64,000 bases of DNA from an uncultured Candidatus Saccharibacteria bacterium (GTDB lineage: Bacteria > Patescibacteriota > Saccharimonadia > Saccharimonadales > UBA7683), in the NCBI GenBank assembly GCA_964632215.1, contig CAZWBG010000001.1, positions 623,863 to 687,862 of the forward strand, in the 5' to 3' direction. The number at the start of each line of letters is the position of its first letter. Positions within the stretch are counted from its first letter, which is position 1. Under the pieces are notes generated by a model that saw only the letters and a program-made list of their open reading frames with translations, made no database searches and was not told the DNA's origin. A program made the translations under genes and the position numbers. Of the stretch, positions 36,384-44,066 are shown piece after piece.

Positions 36384-37316
36384 TTAGTGAAGCTTTATCT
36401 CTATTTCGCCATCCTCTGTAACTTCAGGAACTGGCTCAGGTTTGGACTCTTCCGAGACTCGTGTTTCCGTTGTGACGGTAATTTCTGGGGTTGGCTCTTT
36501 GCGTTGTTGGTCTAGTGTGTCCACTACCACCTCTTGTACAGCTACGTCTTTTAGGCTCGGTGTTTGGTCCAGGGGAGCTGCTATGGGCTCTATGACCTTC
36601 TCGCGAATACTCGAACGTCTTGTTTCGGGAATAACTTCATTAGAGTCATCTGCACTCGCTCGGACTTCTTCTCGGGTATGCTGTAGTGTTTGCAGTGCTT
36701 CCTGGCGCTCACTTTGTCTACCTTGCTGTATGCGCATATCCATCTCCTGGGCTACGCGACCCGATGCATCATTTACATCTAGTGGCTGTACATCAGGAAT
36801 ACTATTCTGATCAGCTACTACTTCACCTGGCTGCATAAGACGTTCAGATGCTGCAGCACCGGCTAGTTGCGGATTCTGCCAATCACCGACCTGCTTACTT
36901 GCCCAACCACGTGAGTCCATAAGCCGCGAAAGATTACCAAGGTGGCTACTTACCTGGTCGTCAGTGTAATCTTTTGCGTAGTGTTTCTCTATTCGTGGTG
37001 GTGCTGTAACAATCACACGCTCCTCGTAGCCATCTTGGCTCCAAATGCGTTTGTGAGGTTTTAGGTAGAATTGTAAAGCAGAGGCCAAATATACCTCTGC
37101 GGGCTGATCTTTGCGTTGATAAAGCCCTAAAATGAGTGCTATCAATGTTGGTGGTACCCAGATTACGGATACAAAAGGATTTACTTTTGTAAAAAAGAAA
37201 AATGTTAGATAAGCAAAGCCAAGTCCAACAACCACAAATATAAATTGCTTAAGGCTTAAGAAGCCAATGAGCTTATCATCTGTTTCAACATCTTGTGGTA
37301 CTTTGTGTATTGCCAT
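36384..37316 (-). CDS. PrgI/VirB3-like membrane protein with long acidic C-terminal extension
   Basis: 310 aa. The N-terminal roughly 95 aa (KVPQDVETDDKLIGFLSLKQFIFVVVGLGFAYLTFFFF...) match the PrgI-family pattern of two TM helices. About 200 aa of acidic low-complexity sequence follow. Confidence 0.65.
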   Translation of the reverse strand: MAIHKVPQDVETDDKLIGFLSLKQFIFVVVGLGFAYLTFFFFTKVNPFVSVIWVPPTLIALILGLYQRKDQPAEVYLASALQFYLKPHKRIWSQDGYEERVIVTAPPRIEKHYAKDYTDDQVSSHLGNLSRLMDSRGWASKQVGDWQNPQLAGAAASERLMQPGEVVADQNSIPDVQPLDVNDASGRVAQEMDMRIQQGRQSERQEALQTLQHTREEVRASADDSNEVIPETRRSSIREKVIEPIAAPLDQTPSLKDVAVQEVVVDTLDQQRKEPTPEITVTTETRVSEESKPEPVPEVTEDGEIEIKLH

Positions 37317-37343
37317 TACTTTACCGACACCTCTAGACCAATA

Positions 37344-39308
37344 TTATATAGTGTCATACGCTTCAGGATCGGCTGGTAGACTGGCGGGGTCGCCCTTGCC
37401 TTTATAGATACTTCTTGCATTGGCATCGCTGGTGACGTCGCTAAGTAGTTGGGCAGGAGGCTTGAGGCCAGGTGTTACTGTGGGGCCCCCGGGTGTGCCG
37501 GCTTGTTGTTGGTAATCACTGTAGTATTTCCAACCACTTGATCCCATCTTCGCCTGCTCTTCTAGGCTTGCTGTCCCCACTGCCTTTGCTCGTTCTGTGA
37601 GAAGTTCATTACCATCCATGCCATTATTGATGTTTGCACCAAAGTGAGGGCTTAGACCCTTAACTGCACTTCGAGTAGGTGCATCGTTTACCGCACCGGA
37701 CCACGCACTAAATAGTTGTTGATCGCCAGATGTTGCGGCCTCGGTTTGCAATCTATTGAGTGCCTGTTCGCCACCTATACCAGCTAAGGTCGCCACATGA
37801 CTATTGTAGGCATCTTGGTTGCCTTCTTGTGCGGCTTGTCGTGCCATCGCCTCAACCGCAGCTTGGGCGGCGTGATTCTGTTGTTTCGTATTGGCTCCAC
37901 CTATTGCTGCAGTTTGAGTGGCATGTTCGATCGCCTGTTTCGCTTGTATTTGAGCGGCTGCTTGTCGGGCACTTTTTACCTTTTCTTCAGCTGCTGGTAC
38001 GCGCAGCGCCTCTTGAGACTCTTGAGCTTGGAGAAGAGTGCGCTCATCATCGTTAGGTCTACTTCGTAGATACTTACCCAGAGACCCTTGGCCAGCCAGG
38101 GCTCGTTGGCGAGCAACGCTAGCAGCATTTTGTTTCTTAAAGCCCATCTTGGCATCTTTAGCAGCATCTCGTCCCATTTTGAAGTCGGATTTACCGTAGG
38201 CATTCTTAGCTTGGCTGGTAGCTGCTTGTTTGCCTTTCCTGGCTAGGCTGTTGACAGTACCACCAACTTTGCCCATGATCCCGCCCGCCATCTTAAATGT
38301 GAACGGCAGAATTACGAAAGGTATAAATATCAGCAAGAGGCTCATGACTTTATACATAGGGTTGTCCACTGTACTGAAAGCTTTTGAGAGTACTAAACTT
38401 ATACCAACAAAAGCCATGATAAGAGGGTACATCAGTAGTAGTGTTACATAAGATTTGAACCATTTTTTGGTTAAGTTCTCAAGTTGTGGAAATGCCATAC
38501 AGGCGAGCGCTATAGGGGCAATAAGTGCGAGTGCCACCACAAGGACCTGGCGTATAAAAAGGACAATAAATGAAACAACCAAAGCAAGTAGTATGGCAAA
38601 TAAAAGAATCTGGAAGAATATGATAAGTGCCGGATTAACTACTACCGCAGCAAGTAAGGCTGCAAGTTCGGTCCCGCCTAGACCGGTCATTGCCTTGGTC
38701 GGGCCAGTTATAATAGCTATCATGCTCTCACCCATCGCTGAGGCCAGTGAATTCATCTCGGTAACAATAAACCAAGAACCTTGTACAAGAACCACGGCTA
38801 TGACGAGGCGTGGCAGAAACTTCTTCACAAAGTATGCGTCTACGACATTAATGTTGGTAATGTACTGAAATATCATGAATAAGAAGGCAAGCAAGAAGAT
38901 AACATTGGCAAGGTTTCTAAGCCCTCCCCATACGGTTTGAAAGCCAGAGGCCGGATCACCCAAGCTCCTAAATAGACCATCGGTGTCACCCAAGAAATTC
39001 ATCATATACGAGAACAGCCCAACTAGAGCTCCTACCACAAGGTTTAGTATGCCGCACATGATCCAGCCTATAAATGGTTGCCCAGTACCGCAATCTTCAT
39101 TGAATACATCCATAGCAGACTGAACACCACCAACTACTGGCTCTGCAACCTCTGTAGCGGTACACGCAACAGGGCCACCTATGACACATACAGGATTTAA
39201 ATCATCCCAGGGAGCTGCGTACGCATAATTACTCGCTATGTTTCCGGTCAGAAACAAGCCGAATATAACAAGCATACACACTGCAATAAGACGCCTAGAA
39301 GTCTTCAT
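37344..39308 (-). CDS. VirB6/TrbL-like polytopic membrane protein with ~300-aa Ala/Gln-rich tail
   Basis: 654 aa. Signal/TM N-terminus, about 7 further hydrophobic segments, then a long hydrophilic tail. First gene of the operon that contains virB4. Confidence 0.6.
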   Translation of the reverse strand: MKTSRRLIAVCMLVIFGLFLTGNIASNYAYAAPWDDLNPVCVIGGPVACTATEVAEPVVGGVQSAMDVFNEDCGTGQPFIGWIMCGILNLVVGALVGLFSYMMNFLGDTDGLFRSLGDPASGFQTVWGGLRNLANVIFLLAFLFMIFQYITNINVVDAYFVKKFLPRLVIAVVLVQGSWFIVTEMNSLASAMGESMIAIITGPTKAMTGLGGTELAALLAAVVVNPALIIFFQILLFAILLALVVSFIVLFIRQVLVVALALIAPIALACMAFPQLENLTKKWFKSYVTLLLMYPLIMAFVGISLVLSKAFSTVDNPMYKVMSLLLIFIPFVILPFTFKMAGGIMGKVGGTVNSLARKGKQAATSQAKNAYGKSDFKMGRDAAKDAKMGFKKQNAASVARQRALAGQGSLGKYLRSRPNDDERTLLQAQESQEALRVPAAEEKVKSARQAAAQIQAKQAIEHATQTAAIGGANTKQQNHAAQAAVEAMARQAAQEGNQDAYNSHVATLAGIGGEQALNRLQTEAATSGDQQLFSAWSGAVNDAPTRSAVKGLSPHFGANINNGMDGNELLTERAKAVGTASLEEQAKMGSSGWKYYSDYQQQAGTPGGPTVTPGLKPPAQLLSDVTSDANARSIYKGKGDPASLPADPEAYDTI

Positions 39309-39386
39309 TATACATATACTGTAGCAAATTTAGGTTGAATAGAACAGTAAAAACCACAAGCATAATTAAAAACAAGTTGAGGGGTA

Positions 39387-39415
39387 TTGACATTTAGTGG
39401 TATTTATGAAACAAT
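39387..39415 (+). promoter_or_regulatory. possible sigma-70 type promoter for the plus-strand pilin operon
   Basis: TTGACA (39387..39392), a 17-nt spacer, then AACAAT (39410..39415). The -10 element is weak. Confidence 0.25.
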
Positions 39416-39508
39416 CGAATCAGGTAAAACTAAAAAATTATTTAACAAATAGCTAGAGTTTAGTTGCAATCAAGTCAAAAACTTAAGCTGACGTAAAGGA
39501 ACACAACC

Positions 39509-40516
39509 ATGAAGACAATGAGAAATCATGAAACTCCTAGAGAAGAGCTCGTTCCAGAAAATATCCCAGGAGGCGCCCAGGACCAACCAGAAGCCTCCGA
39601 CGGGACAGAAGTAACTACTCAAATAATTGAGCAGCCGAATATCCAGTCTACGCTAGATGAAGAAATTACTCAAGACATTCCTTCAGCATCTATCATCGAT
39701 TCCTCTCACGGTACCCGTAAGAAAAGAGGGGCCGTAAAAGCAGTAGGTATAGCTACCGTTACGCTTTTGCTAGCAGGTGGTGCCTATTTTGTTGGTCGCG
39801 GTGACTCTGCTAGTACCGTAACTGAAAAAACCAAAGAAGCTCAGCCACTACTTCCACCTGCCGATGAATCGCCTGTTTCAGAAACCACTGCGACACCAAA
39901 TGTTCATAACGAAACCCAGCCAGCCGATTACGATATGGTCCAGTCTCTGCGAGCCGAGAGAGATGCTGGTCTTAATGCTGAGTATCTTGCGGTAGCAGGC
40001 GCAGTGAATGATTTTATGTTTGGAGAGAATGGCGAAGTGCTGAGCGAAAATTTCGGCGCTCAGACAAGTGCTCTTGATGATGCGATATTTTTATGGACTA
40101 CGGAAAATCCTGTGTACTCAGGACATGCTACGCAAATACTCCGAGCTCCACAACTTGCGGCGTCCGCGCTACACACGGAGAAACTAGAGGAAAGTATCTA
40201 TGTCCAATTTTCAGTGGTGACTGATGGTAAGCGTGATGCGCACACGATTTCGTTCGAAATAGGATTCGATCAAAACGGTAAGGAGCGCGTTGAACAGAAA
40301 ACTCGGTATTACGTAGCGGAGAGAGAACAAACTGATGTTGAGAAGACTCAGGAACCTGAAAAGTTTAGAGCTGCTCTAGCGATAGTAAGCGACCTACTAG
40401 ACCGAGCCAAGTCTGAGACGAGCCCTCGCGAACGTCAGGAAGCTTCTGAACGCGTACTCAAGGTTAATCCAGACTTCGACCCACAAGACCTCAACGTATT
40501 TTCTCAGTATAGATAA
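39509..40516 (+). CDS. bitopic membrane protein heading the pilin operon (function unknown)
   Basis: 335 aa. Acidic N-terminus, one TM segment (AVGIATVTLLLAGGAYFV), and a roughly 230-aa C-terminal domain. Confidence 0.5.
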   Translation: MKTMRNHETPREELVPENIPGGAQDQPEASDGTEVTTQIIEQPNIQSTLDEEITQDIPSASIIDSSHGTRKKRGAVKAVGIATVTLLLAGGAYFVGRGDSASTVTEKTKEAQPLLPPADESPVSETTATPNVHNETQPADYDMVQSLRAERDAGLNAEYLAVAGAVNDFMFGENGEVLSENFGAQTSALDDAIFLWTTENPVYSGHATQILRAPQLAASALHTEKLEESIYVQFSVVTDGKRDAHTISFEIGFDQNGKERVEQKTRYYVAEREQTDVEKTQEPEKFRAALAIVSDLLDRAKSETSPRERQEASERVLKVNPDFDPQDLNVFSQYR

Positions 40517-40641
40517 GATAGGTTAGCCTACTTGGGCCACGGTATTTGAAGTCTGGTGCGTGTCACTACGGCGGTGGCTGTGTATTGTAATCTACACTGT
40601 TATGATCTGGTGTATGATATACTCAACAAAAGGTATTTGCA

Positions 40642-41145
40642 ATGAAAAAGAAAGCCAAAAGATCTAACTTTTTATCCTCCCTTGTGCTACTAGCTTTTCT
40701 GGTAGCTGGGTGGGTAACTTTATTTACACCGGTACCTGTATCGGCTTTAATAAAAAGCTGTTCAGATGGAACCTCGATACCAGATGGTACACCAGAAGAC
40801 GATGCTGCTCGAGTGCAGTGGTGTAAAGATAATAATCATGGGGGCACTCAGGTTTGTGATGAAACTGGTAAGTGTGACTTTTCTGTCTATGGTGCGGCGG
40901 ATGTGCAAAGCACGCCATTCTACAAAAAACTAGTTACGTACATCAACTTATTTTCCACTGGTATAGGTATACTTGCAGTGTTGAGTTTGGTGATAGCTGG
41001 TATTCAATACACAGCTGCACAAGACAATCCCCAGTCTATAGCGGCTGCGAAGGAGCGAATTACCAATGTGGTAATCGGTATAGTTCTGTATGTGGCTATG
41101 TATGGACTCCTTCAGTGGCTCATTCCTGGGGGCATCTTTAATTAG
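40642..41145 (+). CDS. T4SS pilin-like protein (TrbC/VirB2-like hairpin), paralog 1
   Basis: 167 aa. Signal peptide, a 4-Cys variable region, and a C-terminal two-helix hairpin ILAVLSLVIAGIQYTAAQDNPQSIAAAKERITNVVIGIVL. Confidence 0.7.
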   Translation: MKKKAKRSNFLSSLVLLAFLVAGWVTLFTPVPVSALIKSCSDGTSIPDGTPEDDAARVQWCKDNNHGGTQVCDETGKCDFSVYGAADVQSTPFYKKLVTYINLFSTGIGILAVLSLVIAGIQYTAAQDNPQSIAAAKERITNVVIGIVLYVAMYGLLQWLIPGGIFN

Positions 41146-41185
41146 CTAGACAACATAAAGACTTTGTTCTAAAGTAGTAATCAAG

Positions 41186-41590
41186 ATGATACAAATACTA
41201 ACAGACACCTTGGCATTAAAGTATTTCGCTGCTTGCGCAAACGAACAAAGTTTTTTGGGCATACAGGGTTGGTATAAGTATGTTCCACGAGGAACACAAT
41301 ACTCTAGTGACGGCCAACCTATTGGTTGTCAGTTAGATTTTGGACAAGCAGGCGGACTCAACGCCGTATGGCTCGTAGTAGCGGGTATTCTTGATATTCT
41401 TCTGCGCGTATCTGCCATAATAGCGATAGTCTTTTTCATCATAGGAGCCTTTAAAATGGTAACCAGTCAGGGGTCACCAGAGGGTGTAAAGAATGCTCGC
41501 AATACCATGGTTAACGCACTGATTGGTCTCGTTATAACTGTAGTCTCTGCTTGGTTTGTGAGCTATTTAATGGGTACGATACTAAAATAG
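41186..41590 (+). CDS. T4SS pilin-like protein, paralog 2 (divergent, no obvious signal peptide)
   Basis: 134 aa. Two-Cys N-region, then the hairpin IIAIVFFIIGAFKMVTSQGSPEGVKNARNTMVNALIGLVITV. Confidence 0.55.
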   Translation: MIQILTDTLALKYFAACANEQSFLGIQGWYKYVPRGTQYSSDGQPIGCQLDFGQAGGLNAVWLVVAGILDILLRVSAIIAIVFFIIGAFKMVTSQGSPEGVKNARNTMVNALIGLVITVVSAWFVSYLMGTILK

Positions 41591-41598
41591 GACTAAAC

Positions 41599-42018
41599 AT
41601 GAGCCATACCTGGAAGAACATAGTCACACACATTAATAAGACAGCCGCAATATTTGCGGTAGTTGCTGTGTTTGCGTGTATTGGCGCGTCAAGTGTATCA
41701 GCGGCTCCTCGGTCATTTCTTGCAATACCACTAGTGAATAGCGCGCAACTCATTAATGACAGTGATGTCAACTTGCCCAAGCCAGATCTGACTGGTAGTA
41801 ATAGCACACTGGTTAAGAATGTAACAAGTTTTGTCTTTGGGGGTATGGCCATTATATCTGTCATCTTTGTCGTAATCGGTGGTCTGAAATATACACTTTC
41901 AGGTGGTGACGCCCAGGCAGTTGCCAGCGCGAAAAACACTATCCTCTACGCAGTCATAGGGCTTGCGCTAGGCGTATCTGTATTTGTGATTGTTAACTTT
42001 GTATTAGGTAAATTATAG
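41599..42018 (+). CDS. T4SS pilin-like protein, paralog 3
   Basis: Trimmed to ATG 41599 (MSHTWKN...). Signal peptide ends in SVSAAP. Hairpin is AIISVIFVVIGGLKYTLSGGDAQAVASAKNTILYAVIGLAL. Confidence 0.7.
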   Translation: MSHTWKNIVTHINKTAAIFAVVAVFACIGASSVSAAPRSFLAIPLVNSAQLINDSDVNLPKPDLTGSNSTLVKNVTSFVFGGMAIISVIFVVIGGLKYTLSGGDAQAVASAKNTILYAVIGLALGVSVFVIVNFVLGKL

Positions 42019-42029
42019 TGGCAGCTTTT

Positions 42030-42461
42030 ATGGACATCAAACGGGTAACAGTTCTTTTTCTAGTCTTCTTATCCATTCTGGTAACTTCCCCGCTCTTGTC
42101 TTCGACAATTTTTGCGGCGGATATTAATGACGGGCTCTGCTCTGAGTTCTCGCAGGGCAAGATAAAGACACAAGACTCAGTAAAGCCCGAGTACTGCGAA
42201 GGACAAACTGATATGCAGGGTAAGAATCCTTTATTTGGCGCTGGGTCTCTTGGGAATACTATTATACAGACTATTATATTCTTCGTAGGCGCCGCTTCGG
42301 TCATTATGATCGTAATCAGTGGCTTCCGTTATGTCATATCTGGTGGTGACCCCACCGGGGTAGCAGGAGCAAAAAATAGCATTATCTACGCAGTGGTCGG
42401 CTTGGTGGTCGCCATTTCTGGTCAGATCATTGTCAGTTTTGTACTCTCTAGGCTACAATAG
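42030..42461 (+). CDS. T4SS pilin-like protein, paralog 4
   Basis: ATG at 42030, with an alternative GTG at 42018. Signal peptide ends in IFAA. Cys-x22-Cys loop. Hairpin is AASVIMIVISGFRYVISGGDPTGVAGAKNSIIYAVVGLVV. Confidence 0.7.
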   Translation: MDIKRVTVLFLVFLSILVTSPLLSSTIFAADINDGLCSEFSQGKIKTQDSVKPEYCEGQTDMQGKNPLFGAGSLGNTIIQTIIFFVGAASVIMIVISGFRYVISGGDPTGVAGAKNSIIYAVVGLVVAISGQIIVSFVLSRLQ

Positions 42462-42486
42462 GATGGAATTTAAACAGGATACTTTC

Positions 42487-42909
42487 ATGAACGCACTAAA
42501 GATAAAAAAAATACTCACCATAGGCCAGGGTTTTATTGTTGGACTTGTTATGTTTTTTGGAGTACTTTCTCCAGCTTTGGTTTTTGCGGTTGATCCTGCG
42601 CCAACAGCTGCTAAGACCGCCGCTTGTGCAGGTGTAGAATCGGTAGGTGGTACTTGTGACGAAGCCACTGCAGACAAGGGTGTGAGCGATATATTTAAAA
42701 CTGTCATAAACATTCTCTCAATTATTATCGGTGCCGTCTCCGTTATCATGATCATCATTGGTGGTATACGATATGTTGTTTCTGGCGGTGACTCAGCCGG
42801 AGTAGCTGGTGCGAAAAACACGATTCTCTATGCTGTCGTTGGCCTTGTGGTGGCGCTCTTTGCGCAGGTCATAGTGCAGTTCGTACTTACCAACGCACAG
42901 ACGACTTAA
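42487..42909 (+). CDS. T4SS pilin-like protein, paralog 5
   Basis: Trimmed to ATG 42487 (MNALKIKK...). Signal peptide ends in VFAV. Cys-x10-Cys loop. Hairpin is AVSVIMIIIGGIRYVVSGGDSAGVAGAKNTILYAVVGLVV. Confidence 0.75.
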   Translation: MNALKIKKILTIGQGFIVGLVMFFGVLSPALVFAVDPAPTAAKTAACAGVESVGGTCDEATADKGVSDIFKTVINILSIIIGAVSVIMIIIGGIRYVVSGGDSAGVAGAKNTILYAVVGLVVALFAQVIVQFVLTNAQTT

Positions 42910-42949
42910 TCAAGGAGTGTAATCAGAAAAGAAGACGTCACTGGGTACT

Positions 42950-42978
42950 TGTCGAAGTTAGAGAAATAGCCTATAATC
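42950..42978 (+). promoter_or_regulatory. candidate sigma-70 type promoter upstream of pilin paralog 6
   Basis: TTGTCG (42950..42955), a 17-nt spacer, then perfect TATAAT (42973..42978), 37 nt upstream of the ATG at 43016. Confidence 0.45.
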
Positions 42979-43015
42979 ACAAACAGAAACGTTAAATGAA
43001 AGGAAAGAAATTAAG

Positions 43016-43417
43016 ATGAAAACTTTCATCAAAAAAATGGTAACAACGGTAAGTGTATTCTTACTAGTAGCAGCACCTGGTACCCTAGCAGTAACTATGC
43101 CAGTTCATGCGGACATTGCCGCAGGAGTATGTCAAGGTGTGGTGTCTACGGGTACAGATAGTTGTGTGGAAGATGACGCAGACGAGGGGTTTGCAGCTCT
43201 TATGACTCGTATTATCAACATCTTCTCGATCGTAGTTGGTGCTATTTCAGTCATCATGATCATCATCGGTGGCTTCCGCTACATCATCTCAGCTGGTGAT
43301 AGCAACGGCGTAAGTGGTGCGAAAAACACGATTCTCTACGCGGTTGTAGGTCTCGTGATTGTACTCTTCGCTCAGGTGATTGTTCGCTTCGTACTGACGA
43401 ACGTTTCTCCTAGCTAG
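43016..43417 (+). CDS. T4SS pilin-like protein, paralog 6
   Basis: 133 aa. Signal peptide ends in PVHA. Cys-x10-Cys loop. Hairpin is AISVIMIIIGGFRYIISAGDSNGVSGAKNTILYAVVGLVI. Confidence 0.8.
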   Translation: MKTFIKKMVTTVSVFLLVAAPGTLAVTMPVHADIAAGVCQGVVSTGTDSCVEDDADEGFAALMTRIINIFSIVVGAISVIMIIIGGFRYIISAGDSNGVSGAKNTILYAVVGLVIVLFAQVIVRFVLTNVSPS

Positions 43418-43441
43418 GTAGACATTACCAAGCAAAAGAAA

Positions 43442-43466
43442 ATAGCCCGAGAGGGCTATTTTTTTA
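43442..43466 (+). terminator. rho-independent terminator after pilin paralog 6
   Basis: ATAGCCC-GAGA-GGGCTAT stem-loop followed by a T7 run. Confidence 0.7.
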
Positions 43467-43506
43467 AATAATTACACTGTAGAATGTACTAAAGAAGGAG
43501 GTATGG

Positions 43507-43968
43507 ATGTTCGAAAAACACAGAGTTCTTATTGCTACGAGCACACTCCTTATGGTGTTAGGATTTTTTACACTTGCTATACCTTCTGTAAAAGCTCAAG
43601 CTCAGCCGCAGCCTGCTCCTGCACCAACTAGCAATAGTATTGCGAATAATGTCTGCAGAGGTCTACTTAGTACCGAGGGTACGGTGCCAGGGCCTGATAC
43701 TACCGTTGCCTCTTGTCAAGAAGATGGAACCAGTAGTTTTAGTAGTTTAATGCAGCGCATTATTAATATCTTCTCTATTATTGTCGGTGCAGTTTCAGTC
43801 ATCATGATCATCATCGGTGGCTTCCGCTACATCATCTCTGGGGGTGATTCAGCTGGAGTCTCAGGTGCGAAGAACACCATCCTCTATGCTATCGTAGGCC
43901 TGGTGATCGTACTCTTCGCTCAGGTAATCGTTCGCTTTGTACTGACGAACCTCACTAAGCTCACGTAA
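43507..43968 (+). CDS. T4SS pilin-like protein, paralog 7
   Basis: 153 aa with AAGGAGG upstream. Signal peptide ends in VKAQA. PQPAPAP linker and Cys-x19-Cys loop. Hairpin is AVSVIMIIIGGFRYIISGGDSAGVSGAKNTILYAIVGLVI. Confidence 0.8.
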   Translation: MFEKHRVLIATSTLLMVLGFFTLAIPSVKAQAQPQPAPAPTSNSIANNVCRGLLSTEGTVPGPDTTVASCQEDGTSSFSSLMQRIINIFSIIVGAVSVIMIIIGGFRYIISGGDSAGVSGAKNTILYAIVGLVIVLFAQVIVRFVLTNLTKLT

Positions 43969-44013
43969 GAGGCCTACTACTCGAGAGTGCAAGGGTATTG
44001 CTCTCACCTATTT

Positions 44014-44044
44014 AAAAAGCTCATACGCGATGTATGAGCTTTTT
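44014..44044. terminator. bidirectional rho-independent terminator between pilin 7 and hsp20
   Basis: AAAAAGCTCATA-cgcgatg-TATGAGCTTTTT: an 8-bp stem flanked by an A-run and a T-run between convergent genes. Confidence 0.7.
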
Positions 44045-44066
44045 AATGCTACACAATTAGCAGAGT

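Noticed and set aside
27531-43968. Calling the T4SS region an integrative conjugative element, plasmid insertion or prophage
   Set aside because: The window contains no integrase, relaxase, coupling protein, replication gene, phage structural gene or flanking direct repeat. I therefore do not annotate it as a mobile element.
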